A stretch of DNA of 32,047 nt from Macrostomum lignano (taxonomy: Eukaryota). The stretch spans positions 1 through 32,047 of the forward strand of contig NIVC01000693.1 in NCBI GenBank assembly GCA_002269645.1. The letters are read 5' to 3'. A program made the translations under genes and the position numbers. Position 1 is the stretch's first letter; the number at the start of each line of letters is the position of its first letter. The notes under the pieces are model-generated. The model saw only the letters and a list, made by a program, of their open reading frames with translations. It did no database searches and had not been told where the DNA came from. This document shows positions 11,930-24,512 of this stretch, one piece after another.

Positions 11930-12028
11930 CTGAGTGAGCAACAACAATGCAGAAGGCCAAATGTAAAGCCATGCGAAGAGAGCCTTGTTGCAGACAAGTG
12001 CAAATATTTAGTTAAAAAGTGGACTTAC

Positions 12029-12116
12029 ATGTTTTTACTTTTTTGCAGGCTAAACATGGTGCAAGTTGGATAGAAACTAGAAGAGCCAAAACTAGAAACA
12101 CTTTAGCTGACTGCAT
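12029..12116 (-). CDS. IFI6/IFI27-family protein, exon 1 (signal peptide); not in the ORF track
   Basis: MQSAKVFLVLALLVSIQLAPCLACKKVKT followed by a GTAAGT donor at 12028. A 99-nt phase-1 intron (11930-12028) joins in frame, giving a 138-aa product. Confidence 0.82.
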
Positions 12117-12435
12117 TCTTTTCAATTCTAAAAGTTATAGAAAGATACAATATATAGTTATATATAAATATTTAACAAATGAACATCAGCCAAGCATAAA
12201 CACTAATTGCACTTGATTTACTATAATGTTTAGAAGCACACTTGATATATTCTATTTACAAAACTGATATACTTTATTAAAGCTTATTATAAATTTCTGT
12301 TATTTCTTCATTTTATTTGCACATATCTCCATTTGGCTTGTACTCTGTTTTCTCTTAGGTCTCTATATCCAGTTCAATCTTTGGATTCTTGTCTTCTCCC
12401 CTTGCTGCCTTCTGGTTGGTTGTTTAATCTTGCCT

Positions 12436-12590
12436 CTAGGCTAAACATGGTCCAAGTTGGATAGAAACCAGAAGAGTCAAAATGAGAAGCACTTTAGCTA
12501 ACTACATTTTTGTCAATTCTAAAAGTTATTTTAAAATATAGAAAATACATTTATAAGATATATTTTAACAACAAATATAAAGAGTAGCTT
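12436..12590 (-). pseudogene. Dead paralogue of the IFI27-like signal-peptide exon
   Basis: Translates M*LAKVLLILTLLVSIQLGPCLA*. TAG at 12502-12504 aligns to CAG of the intact exon. It keeps the same upstream TAACTTTTAG|AATTGA acceptor and lacks the GTAAGT donor. Confidence 0.8.
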
Positions 12591-14351
12591 TCTAAATATA
12601 TATACAAACAAAATTTAATTTGTGAGTCAAGAAGAGAGTTACGACAATTGATAAAATGGTGTGTGTAGTATATGGAAAAGGAAAGGCAGGAGGCATACTT
12701 GATATATTCTAGTGGAAGAACTCTAATATAGGCCTCTTCATTTAATTTTTATTCCTGTTCGGTTATTCATCTTTATTATCTGCAGCAAGACATACAAAAA
12801 ACCAGAAAAAAACTAAATTTCAAACATCGTGGACATGCAAATTCACGTTATTTCAAAGTAAAGTCATAGCACAACATTAAGCTTACACTGGGTGCGGTAA
12901 GTACTGATATTTTTAACGAAGGAAAAACCTTGAAATAAAAACGAACGAGCATATGCAAAGAGTACGTCTCGCGGATAGCGGTCTTGTCTTGTCCTCGTGA
13001 GCCGGGCTCCATATATATCGAATTGAAATCGAAAATGCTTGAAAGCGAAAAACAAAAAATCACTCATTGAAATTATTTTTCGAAAAATGTAAAGACACTA
13101 AATAATCAGCTCTTGATTGTTGATAGATTTTCCGAATTCATAAATTTGAGACTAAAATACCATTCGTTTTTGCTTTATTGAAAGGCACAGTTACTTCGCT
13201 ATAAATCCGGGTATTCCAAACCCCTTGTGTTAATATCGTCAAATTTATAGAATATTACAGCATATTGCCCGTATAATTCCAGCATAATGATATAATATAA
13301 TAACGCAGAGCTATTAAAATTATCGAGCATCGGGTCTTATGAAAGAAGAGAAGCAAACCTCGTCCAAAGCTTCGATGAAGCGTCAAAGAAGCGATGATAC
13401 AGCAGGAAGCCGGGTGACCCAAGCAATTAAGGCTGTCATTACTTTTGTCATTACGACGAGTATGCATGATCAAAATAGAATATATAGTTGTGGCTTTTAT
13501 GACTTTGGCAGCATCCAAAGTAACTAACTACATATGTATTTAACTAAACTGAAGAGTCTGTGCTTCCAAATCTGCCTGTCTCAACCGCGTACTCTTCCGC
13601 TTATTGTCCTGGAGAATTTCTCGAAACTAACCTAGCTTACTGATTGACTCCACTAGAAATCCCCACATAGAAGTGATAGTCTCGGGGATCTCAAATGTAT
13701 GGCCCATACCTTTGAATAGAGAGCCGGGAGCGACTCACTCTGCGATCTCAGTGTTGCAAATGCTACGATCCTGTTCTCCGATCCCGCGTCACCGGCCGCT
13801 CCTCTCTTTCATTGCCGGTGTCAGCCTGGGGCTTTGCAGACTCAACGGGAACTAAAACCCACAGTCCCTCAGCATGAGGGCCGCAGCAATGCCGGATGTC
13901 CTCTGTGTGGCAGCTGTGACAACAATGACTTGGCCAAGTCAGCGCGGGTATGGAACTCAGAAATCAATTTTGAGATTTTGCTGACCGACTTCTTCTGCAA
14001 TCTCCTTCTCCTGTGGCTCCGGCATCCCCGGCTGTGATTGACGCGGCTTATTGCGGAAGCAGGGGAGAGCAGCAGCAGCATTGAGTGGCTGGCCGCCCAC
14101 TGCTCAGCGGAGCTCTCAGCCCGTGTTGACCCGCAGCACGGGAGGGAAATTGCGGCCTGAAGTGCCGCCGGACAGCTCTTGAAGGCCAGCTGCTGGCTGC
14201 CGCCTTTTGCTCTGCTCTGACGGTGCGGCAACTGTTGACAGCTTAGCCCGGCTTGATTGAGTCCTGAGCTCAACTCTGCTCACGCTGAACTGCCATAATT
14301 TTAACTTTATTTCTGTACTTTATGGCGCGCTGTATCAGAAAGAACAATCTT

Positions 14352-15402
14352 GCTGATCTAGCAGCCACAGTCACTCACATATCTAGCTGATCTATCAGCC
14401 TCAGTCACTCACATATCTAGCTGATCTATCAGCCTCAGTCACTCACATATCTAGCTGATCTATCAGCCTCAGTCACTCACATATCTAGCTGATCTATCAG
14501 CCTCAGTCACTCACATATCTAGCTGATCTATCAGCCTCAGTCATTCACATATCTAGCTGATCTATCAGCCTCAGTCACTCACATATCTAGCTGATCTATC
14601 AGCCACAGTCACTCACACATCTAGCTTATCTAGCAGCCTCAGTCACTCACATATCTAGCTGATCTATCAGCCACAGTCACTCACATATCTAGCTGATCTA
14701 GCAGCCACAGTCACTCACATATCTAGCTGATCTATCAGCCTCAGTCACTCACATGTCTAGCTGATCTATCAGCCTCAGTCACTCACATATCTAGCTGATC
14801 TATCAGCCTCAGTCACTCACATATCTAGCTGATCTATCAGCCACAGTCACTCACATATCTAGCTGATCTATCAGCCTCAGTCACTCACATATCTAGCTGA
14901 TCTATCAGCCACAGTCACTCACATATCTAGCTGATCTATCAGCCACAGTCACTCACATATCTAGCTGATCTATCAGCCACAGTCACTCACATATCTAGCT
15001 GATCTATCAGCCTCAGTCACTCACATATCTAGCTTATCTGGCAGCCTCAGTCACTCACATATCTAGCTGATCTAGCAGCCACAGTCACTCACATATCTAG
15101 CTGATCTATCAGCCACAGTCACTCACATATCTAGCTGATCTAGCAGCCACAGTCACTCACATATCTAGCTGATCTATCAGCCACAGTCACTCACATATCT
15201 AGCTGATCTATCAGCCACAGTCACTCACATATCTAGCTGATCTATCAGCCACAGTCACTCACATATCTAGCTGATCTATCAGCCACAGTCACTCACATAT
15301 CTAGCTGATCTATCAGCCACAGTCACTCACATATCTAGCTGATCTATCAGCCACAGTCACTCACATATCTAGCTGATCTAGCAGCCACAGTCACTCACAT
15401 AT
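14352..15402. repeat. 34-bp tandem minisatellite, about 31 copies
   Basis: Unit TCTAGCTGATCTATCAGCC(T/A)CAGTCACTCACATA; period 34 checked at 14382 and 14416. Confidence 0.97.
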
Positions 15403-16292
15403 CAGTCTTCACAACCTTACATGCCCAATAGGACAGGCATTTCCAGGTGCAGAAAATTCCTTTTGGAAACTAAGGAAGCACAGGTAGAATTTGAGCAGTG
15501 CAACACCAGCAGCCATTATCTTGAGGCGTCTCAAGAAAATCAAACACGGAGCAGTCCCGGAGCCCCCAAATCAATGGGCGGCAGGCTGCAATTTTCAGCT
15601 GGCGGCAGAGCGCAGCTTTCGAGTGCCAAAGGGGGGCAGGCGGGAGTTTTTGGGCCCAGCCGGGAGCGGCTCTCGATCCCCACCCTCCTGTCAGTCCTCA
15701 CTGGGAGCGGTGCGGCTCCTCCCCGCCCCCCCCCCCCCCCGTCACTCAATTGTCTCGCTGGCCCAGCCTGCACTTTCTCCTCAAATCCCCAGCCACCCCC
15801 AGCAGCAGTTTGAGCAGGATTTTGAGTCGGACAGGAGGGCTTGGCAGCGCCTCTGCCACAGCGTCTCCGGTCCCACCTGGAATTGTGAATTCTGCCCCCG
15901 TCTCTTATCTCAGAGTGAGCCTCGCCTTGCTCAGTCATGCAAGGCAGCAGTGGGACTTCATAGGCCTCAGGCCTCCCCCTTTTCACTAGCAGAGCACGCA
16001 AATTAAACCCCCCCCCAACCCACTGCTGTGCCAGCCACTCTGTTGAAAATCAATGGAATCGCTCTGTTAAACTCGGGTCCAATTACTCATTTAGATTGAT
16101 TCACTGCTCATCGCGAACCGTTGTGCCGATGCGGGCGGGCCAGCCTGATGGAACTGGGCCACTCGTACTAAATGGGATATCGACCAGTAGCTCTTGCGCT
16201 GTCCCTGCACTTCCCAAATCACAAATAAACTGCAGTATCTCAACTTCTCAACTTCAAAGCTGTTCTCGTTGTAACATTTTGTAGGTTTTCAT

Positions 16293-16574
16293 GTGCTGAG
16301 CTGCATTAACTATATGGAACGGGGTTTTGCCATAGACTTGTGCTGAGCTGCATTAACTATATGGAACGGGGTTTTGCCATAGACTTGTGCTGAGCTGTAT
16401 TAACTATAGGGAACGGGGTTTTGCCATAGACTTGTGCTGAGCTGCATTAACTATATGGAACAGGGTTTTGCCATAGACTTGTGCTGAGCTGCATTAACTA
16501 TATGAAACGGGGTTTAGCCATAGACTTGTGCTTAGGTCCGCATTAACTGTACAGAGTGGGGTTTTGCCATAGCC
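16293..16574. repeat. 47-bp tandem minisatellite, about 6 copies
   Basis: Unit GTGCTGAGCTGCATTAACTATATGGAACGGGGTTTTGCCATAGACTT; the last copy is diverged. Confidence 0.95.
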
Positions 16575-17574
16575 AAACTCGTCAAGATCAAACTGTCTAG
16601 AAAATGCAACAGAAACAGCAGATATTTCGTTGGAACTTCATCACTGACTTGCTTGTTTCTTGTTGCTTCTTTCTCCAGCAAAATTTGAAAAAGGAAACAA
16701 TGATGTTTTCGAGGAACCCTTCTCGGTCGAGTTGTCCATGAGCTCATGTCCCATTTACAGCAGGCTGATTGACAGATTAGCATCGGCTGCTCAAAGAGGA
16801 GCAGCCCGAGGTCCCGGCGGCCGGCCCCTGTCCTGAATTCCGGGATTCGAAATTTGCCAGCAAGTGGCGGCGGTAAAGCAGCGGCCCGGAAGAGACTCGT
16901 GCTGGGCAGCGGGCTGGAATGATTGGCGAATTAATTAAGCCTCCCCCCAGGATCGCATTTGTCCCTCACAAAGAGCTCCTCCCGCCGCTCTTCCTCATTC
17001 TCGGTGAGCAGAACCGGATTTACTCCAAGCGGCTCTGGTCATTTTCGATCGGCGCCTCATCTTCTGGCTCGAGATCGGCCCGTGTCCGGAATTCGCACTT
17101 TTCCAGTTATCGCGGGCTCTGCTGTCCGCCCTGGCTGACTGACTGGCGCGGGGCTCTGGCAGCTGTGCCGCAATCAGTCATGTTCCCGCCGCGGGCCGTG
17201 CCGATCTGGAATCCAAAATCAGAGCCAGCCAGCCAGGGTAGGGCGGGGCGGCCGGCCTCCCAACCGCGCAACTTCGAGTTTCTGTTTTGCTCATCGAGTG
17301 CGGACACCCGCCCGGTGTGTTTCGGATTTGGCCCGAGTTTACTAATCAGTCCGCCAATCTGCAGGCTGGGTGCTGCCGCCTCCCGCTGCATTTCTGCTGC
17401 CCTTATTGGCTGGAAATCATAGCGCTGGCATTTTCCACTGACGCAGCGCTTTTTGCGGCGGTTCAAGGATGTTGACGCGCCAATAAGGATGTTTGTTAAA
17501 CAGCGATGATGTTGCTTTCACAAAAAAGGTTGGTTTTGCGATGAGGATTAACTATAAGGATTTTGTATTAACGA

Positions 17575-20500
17575 CGAGGATGTTAATTGCACTGTGAGGA
17601 TGTTGATTGCACTGTGAGGGTGTTGATTGCACTATGAGGGTGTTGATTGCACTGTGAGGGTGTTGATTGCACTTTGAGGATGTTGATTGCACTGTGAGGA
17701 TGTTTATTGCACTGTGAGGATGTTGATTGCACTGTGAGGGTGTTGATTGCACTGTGAGGGTGTTGATTGCACTGTGAGGGTGTTGATTGCACTGTGAGGG
17801 TGTTGATTGCACTGTGAGGATGTTGATTGCACTGTGAGGATGTTGATTGCACTGTGAGGGTGTTGATTGCACGATTAGAGTGTTAATTGCACTGTGAGGA
17901 TGTTGATTGCACTGTGAGGGTGTTGATTGCACTATGAGGGTGTTGATTGCACTGTGAGGGTGTTGATTGCACTTTGAGGATGTTGATTGCACTGTGAGGA
18001 TGTTGATTGCACTGTGAGGATGTTTATTGCACTGTGAGGGTGTTGATTGCACTGTGAGGATGTTGATTGCACTGTGAGGATGTTTATTGCACTGTGAGGG
18101 TGTTGATTGCACTGTGAGGATGTTGATTTCACTGTGAGGATGTTTATTGCACTGTGAGGGTGTTGATTGCACTGTGAGGGTGTTGATTGCACTGTGAGGG
18201 TGTTGATTGCACGATTAGAGTGTTAATTGCACTATGAGGATGTTGATTGCACTGTGAGGATGTTGATTGCACTGTGAGGATGTTTATTGCACTGTGAGGA
18301 TGTTGATTGCACTGTGAGGATGTTTATTGCACTGTGAGGGTGTTGATTGCACTGTGAGGATGTTGATTGCACTGTGAGGATGTTTATTGCACTGTGAGGG
18401 TGTTGATTGCACTGTGAGGACTTTGATTGCACTGTAAGAATGTTTATTGCACTGTGAGGGTGTTGATTGCACTGTGAGGATGTTGATTGCACTGTGAGGA
18501 TGTTTATTGCACTGTGAGGATGTTGATTGCACTGTGAGGATGTTTATTGCACTGTGAGGATGTTGATTGCACTGTGAGGGTGTTGATTGCACTGTGAGGA
18601 TGTTGATTGCACTGTGAGGATGTTTATTGCACTGTGAGGGTGTTGATTGCACTGTGAGGGTGTTGATTGCACTGTGAGGGTGTTGATTGCACTGTGAGGA
18701 TGTTGATTGCACTATGAGGGTGTTGATTGCACTGTGAGGGTGTTGATTGCACGATTAGAGTGTTAATTGCACTATGAGGATGTTGATTGCACTGTGAGGA
18801 TGTTGATTGCACTGTGAAGGTGTTGATTGCACGATTAGAGTGTTAATTGCACTATGAGGATGTTGATTGCACTGTGAGGATGCTGATTGCACTATGAGGG
18901 TGTTGATTGCACTTTGAGGGTGTTGATTGCACTATGAGAATGCTGGTTGCACTATGAGGGTGTTGATTGCACTGTGAGGATGTTTATTGCACTGTGAGGG
19001 TGTTGATTGCACTGTGAGGGTGTTGATTGCACTGTGAGGATGTTGATTGCACTGTGAGGATGTTGATTGCACTGTGAGGGTGTTGATTGCACTGTGAGGA
19101 TGTTGATTGCACTGTGAGGATGTTGATTGCACTGTGAGGATGTTTATTGCACTGTGAGGGTGTTGATTGCACTGTGAGGGTGTTGATTGCACTGTGAGGG
19201 TGTTGATTGCACTGTGAGGATGTTGATTGCACTGTGAGGGTGTTGATTGCACTGTGAGGATGTTGATTGCACTGTGAGGATGTTGATTGCACTGTGAGGG
19301 TGTTGATTGCACGATTAGAGTGTTAATTGCACTGTGAGGATGTTGATTGCACTGTGAGGATGCTGATTGCACTGTGAGGGTGTTGATTGCACTTTGAGGG
19401 TGTTGATTGCACTATGAGAATGCTGGTTGCACTATGAGGGTGTTGATTGCACTGTGAGGATGTTTATTGCACTGTGAGGGTGTTGATTGCACTGTGAGGA
19501 TGTTGATTGCACTGTGAGGATGTTGATTGCACTGTGAGGGTGTTGATTGCACGATTAGAGTGTTAATTGCACTATGAGGATGTTGATTGCACTGTGAGGA
19601 TGCTGATTGCACTATGAGGGTGTTGATTGCACGATTAGAGTGTTAATTGCACTATGAGGATGTTGATTGCACTGTGAGGATGCTGATTGCACTATAAGGG
19701 TGTTGATTGCACTGTGAGGATGCTGATTGCACTTTGAGGGTGTTGATTGCACTGTGAGGATGTTTATTGCACTGTGAGGGTGTTGATTGCACTGTGAGGG
19801 TGTTGATTGCACTGTGAGGATGTTGATTGCACTGTGAGGATGTTGATTGCACTGTGAGGGTGTTGATTGCACGATTAGAGTGTTAATTGCACTGTGAGGA
19901 TGTTGATTGCACTGTGAGGATGCTGATTGCACTGTGAGGGTGTTGATTGCACTTTGAGGGTGTTGATTGCACTATGAGAATGCTGGTTGCACTATGAGGG
20001 TGTTGATTGCACTGTGAGGATGTTTATTGCACTGTGAGGGTGTTGATTGCACTGTGAGGGTGTTGATTGCACTGTGAGGATGTTGATTGCACTGTGAGGA
20101 TGTTGATTGCACTGTGAGGGTGTTGATTGCACTGTGAGGATGTTGATTGCACTGTGAGGATGTTGATTGCACTGTGAGGGTGTTGATTGCACGATTAGAG
20201 TGTTAATTGCACTATGAGGATGTTGATTGCACTGTGAGGATGCTGATTGCACTATGAGGGTGTTGATTGCACTGTGAGGATGCTGATTGCACTTTGAGGG
20301 TGTTGATTGCACTGTGAGGATGTTTATTGCACTGTGAGGGTGTTGATTGCACTATGAGGGTGTTGATTGCACTTTGAGGGTGTTGATTGCACTATGAGAA
20401 TGCTGGTTGCACTATGAGGGTGTTGATTGCACTGTGAGGATGTTTATTGCACTGTGAGGGTGTTGATTGCACTGTGAGGGTGTTGATTGCACTGTGAGGA

Positions 20501-21027
20501 TGTTGATTGCACTGTGAGGATGTTGATTGCACTGTGAGGGTGTTGATTGCACTGTGAGGATGTTGATTGCACTGTGAGGATGTTGATTGCACTGTGAGGG
20601 TGTTGATTGCACGATTAGAGTGTTAATTGCACTATGAGGATGTTGATTGCACTGTGAGGATGCTGATTGCACTATGAGGGTGTTGATTGCACTGTGAGGA
20701 TGCTGATTGCACTTTGAGGGTGTTGATTGCACTGTGAGGATGTTTATTGCACTGTGAGGGTGTTGATTGCACTGTGAGGGTGTTGATTGCACTGTGAGGA
20801 TGTTGATTGCACTGTGAGGATGTTGATTGCACTGTGAGGGTGTTGATTGCACGATTAGAGTGTTAATTGCACTATGAGGATGTTGATTGCACTGTGAGGA
20901 TGCTGATTGTACTATGAGGGTGTTGATTGCACTGTGAGGATGCTGATTGCACTTTGAGGGTGTTGATTGCACTATGAGAATGCTGGTTGCACTATGAGGA
21001 TGTTGATTGCACTAGGAGGATGTTTAT
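17575..21027. repeat. 20-bp satellite array, about 172 copies, with higher-order structure
   Basis: Unit GCACTGTGAGG(A/G)TGTT(G/T)ATT, staying in register throughout. Degenerate monomers occur at 17480-17575. Confidence 0.98.
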
Positions 21028-21399
21028 AGTCCAATGAATGTTTCAGTCACTCAGTGAGGTCAACAGTTCCCCAGCATATTAACCAGCCGGCAAATGACCA
21101 ATTTGCACTTTCACAACCGATGGCAGACATCAGGCTAATGAGGCCAGTTTGCCTTTCCCAGCTCGGTCTGTTATCAAATCGACCGACACCCGGGCAGCCG
21201 ATCGTGAGCAGATACTCAAGAACCGCAGCCTCAGCTCTGCGGGGGCGTGCTCACCCAGTCAGACTGCGGCTTGAAGACCCCCTCCTCCGCCCTCCGCCCG
21301 TGTTGCCGCACAAGAAGCGCCAAAATTCAATTGAGGCCGGGCGGAAGACAGAAGCCAGGGGCGGAGAGGAAGAGGGGAAGGCTGAAGGCCTCGGCGGCA

Positions 21400-21735
21400 G
21401 GAGTGGAGCGGAGCGGAAGTCAGTCCTCGGGGGGGGGGCTGCTGGAGGTTGTTGGGCCGGCCGTGTCGGTGGAAATTCTTTTGAAGTTGCTGATTTCGGG
21501 GGCCTCCCCAATTCGCGGCCAACGCTGAGGATTTGGGAGCGCCGGAGGCCAATGAGAGGCGGCAGGATCTGGGAGTGGGGGGGGGGGCTCGCGGGAGGGA
21601 GTTAAGGGAGGCCGGGCGCAGGAGGAAGGAGCCGAGGCGGACCGTGACTGCTTGGAGAGCTGAGCAGCGGACGCTACTCAGCTGATTCCCACAGGACTCG
21701 AGCTCAGGACTTGGTACTAAAAAATTCTGGTGAGA
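21400..21735 (+). promoter_or_regulatory. GC/CpG-rich promoter-like block (CCAAT box, G-tracts, downstream 5' splice donor)
   Basis: GGCCAATGAG near 21547, clustered G runs at 21570-21616, and CTG|GTGAGA at 21730. Its assignment to the Kv gene is speculative. Confidence 0.3.
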
Positions 21736-23489
21736 ACCTGTTTGTACTCGGGGCGGGGGAAATGCGGAGTACTTTGCCGCGACTTTGCCTTCCCCTCTTC
21801 TTGCCGGCTTTGCAGCTGCAGTCAGGGAGCATCAGCTGGCAAATGGGATTGCCGGGCCTGGGGCAGACAGTCAAACGGTTTAAAAATGCTTTTTGCGGGA
21901 GACTCAGAATGAATGGCCGGTGCTGGCTTTGTCTCCCAGTCTGAGCAGCGCGTGCAGCTGCCCCAGCAGCGCGCCCAGTGATTTTTTCCGAGCCATTCAA
22001 GCGCTCAGGCTGCTCAGTTCCGATGCGAAATTCGGGCTGCAGCTGTGGCCCACAGTGGCATAAAACATGAGGCCTGTGAGCTCAGCTTCGTCAGCGCCAT
22101 CTGCCTTAATGGCTCAGGAATCCTCTGCAGCGTTTCATCTGAATAAAAACTGATAGAAAAAAGGAGGTGAGGCAACACCGCTGCAGGCTGAGTGCACCGG
22201 AGCATTTAGCCCTGCCGACTCTGCCCCTGGGGGTCAGGCGCGATCAACACGGATTAAAAATCCCATTGTGGCCGCTGGAGAGCGGGATTTACAAGCTTGA
22301 GCGGCGGGCGTCACGGGGCGCATAGCAACACGAACCGGAGTTGGCGGGGATGCGGCACCCCCGGCTGCGGAGTGAATCAGTGCGGACTGAGATTTAAAGG
22401 TCAGAGCGCTGCTGCAGTTGGGAAATTAAAATTAGCGACTTCAAGCCCCCCCCCCCATTGTCAGCTGCAGGGTTCCTCAGGGAGGGACGGAAAACAGCTT
22501 CTTTGGCTTCCATGTTAGCACGCCTTTACCGCCTATTTCGGCAAGTTGCTGTTGGTCCCACAGCTCCAGCCTTTGAGTCTGAGGAGTCTCTGACGGTGTG
22601 TAACTGTGCTACAGGGTTTATACTGCAGGTCCCGGGTGTGTTCTGAGCCCTGGGCTGGCTGGCACTGCAGGTCCCGAGTGCATATCCGTGTGTCCTCAAA
22701 CAGTACTCCGAACAGTCTCCAAGCTGCCGCTTGAACTTGTTTCAGCTGTCTTGAACTCCTCCTAGAAGAGAGTCCGTCTTCCGCGCGCCCGGCCGCTCGT
22801 TAGCGACTGCCCCATCTCGCAAATTTGTTGCCGAAAGATAGTGAAATCCGGAGGCCCGCTTGGGGGCCTGGTTGGAGGGTTTGGGGCAGGCCAGCTGCCT
22901 GATCGATTCCTGCAGTGCAGCAGCAGGCCGCGCTTCCCATGCAGCTCCTGCAGCCCGCCGCGGTCTCCCAGCCTCCCCCTGGCAGCCGCAGGAATCAATC
23001 GGTCTAACGAATCGGCCATCGATTTCCCGCTCGGACGGCCGAGAGCCGCCCGTCGCCGGCTCCCGCAGTGCATGGAGCTTGCCGAAGCTCGATTGCTGCG
23101 TTGCTATCATTCTTCTACTAGAAGAAACCCTTTCAAAGGGCCCTCCCGGCCATTCAATCGTCACTCTCTTCAATTCGCTGACATTTCAGCGTCACTTGCT
23201 GACAGCCGGTCACTTGAAGTGCCTCGCCTGTCAGCCCCAGCTCTGTTCCTCTTCCTAGGGACACACCAGGCGTCTCCTGTGTTGTCTGGAAGATGGGGCT
23301 GGGGAAGCTGGAGTTGCTGCTTTTGATGAGATAAATATAGCTTGCTTGATTGCTTCTGCGGAGAACTGGAACTGGTGCTGCAGTGCGAGCGTTGCTTCTC
23401 CGCATGCCGCCCCCGTAAGCAGTTGGAACCCCTTGTTTGCGGGGATTTACATTAATTAGGAAACGGTCTCTGAACAGAATGCTTCAGGG

Positions 23490-24512
23490 AGAAGTGTCAG
23501 GCAGTGAAGGCTCAGAACAGAAGTGTCAGACAGTGTTGCTCAGGGCAGAAAGTGTCAGGTAGTGAAGGCTCAGGGCAGAAAGTGTCAGGTAGTGAAGGCT
23601 CAAACAGAAAGTGTCAGGTAGTGAAGGCTCAGACAGAAAGTGTCAGGTGGGGAAGGCTCAAACATAAAGTGTCAGGTGGGGAAGGCTCAAACATAAAGTG
23701 TCAGGTAGTGAAGGCTCAGACAGAAAGTGTCAGGTGGGGAAGGCTCAGACAGAAAGTGTCAGGTAGTGAAGGCTCAGACAGAAAGTGTCAGGTAGTGAAG
23801 GCTCAGACAGAAAGTGTCAGGTAGTGAAGGCTCAGACAGAAAGTGTCAGGTGGGGAAGGCTCAAACAGAAAGTGTCAGGTAGTGAAGGCTCAGACAGAAA
23901 GTGTCAGGTGGGGAAGGCTCAAACAGAAAGTGTCAGGTAGTGAAGGCTCAGACAGAAAGTGTCAGGTGGGGAAGGCTCAAACAGAAAGTGTCAGGTAGTG
24001 AAGGCTCAGACAGAAAGTGTCAGGTGGGGAAGGCTCAAACAGAAAGTGTCAGGTAGTGAAGGCTCAAACAGAAAGTGTCAGGTAGTGAAGGCTCAGACAG
24101 AAAGTGTCAGGTAGTGAAGGCTCAAACAGAAAGTGTCAGATAGTGAAGGCTCAAACAGAAAGTGTCAGGTAGTGAAGGCTCAAACAGAAAGTGTCAGGTA
24201 GTGAAGGCTCAGACAGAAAGTGTCAGGTAGTGAAGGCTCAAACAGAAAGTGTCAGGTAGTGAAGGCTCAGACAGAAAGTGTCAGGTAGTGAAGGCTCAAA
24301 CAGAAAGTGTCAGGTAGTGAAGGCTCAGACAGAAAGTGTCAGGTAGTGAAGGCTCAAACAGAAAGTGTCAGGTAGTGAAGGCTCAAACAGAAAGTGTCAG
24401 GTGGGGAAGGCTCAAACAGAAAGTGTCAGGTGGGGAAGGCTCAAACAAAAAGTGTCAGGTAGTGAAGGCTCAGACAGAAAGTGTCAGGTGGGGAAGGCTC
24501 AAACAGAAAGTG
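23490..24512. repeat. 29-bp tandem minisatellite, about 35 copies
   Basis: Unit GAAGGCTCA(G/A)ACAGAAAGTGTCAGGT(AGT/GGG); period 29 checked at 23701 and 23730. The two variants alternate in part of the array. Confidence 0.97.

Noticed and set aside
13834-14273. Possible exon (RRRLQKKSVSKISKLISEFH...)
   Set aside because: No recognisable family, no consistent splice sites and no supporting codon bias.
17552-20972. Many ORFs with a QSTPSQCNQHPHSAINILTV repeat
   Set aside because: These are translations of a 20-bp satellite (3 units = 20 codons). All frames give the same peptide and there is no codon-level constraint.
21054-23405. Overlapping 60-180-aa ORFs in GC-rich blocks (also 15421-16006, 16919-17475, 27651-28526)
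   Set aside because: They occur on both strands and in several frames, are rich in Pro/Arg/Gly/Ala, and lack domain motifs or Kv-like GC3 bias. This is expected from high GC content.
14352-24512. CRISPR-like regular repeats (34, 47, 20 and 29 bp)
   Set aside because: Head-to-tail units with no unique spacers, no cas genes, and a eukaryotic context.
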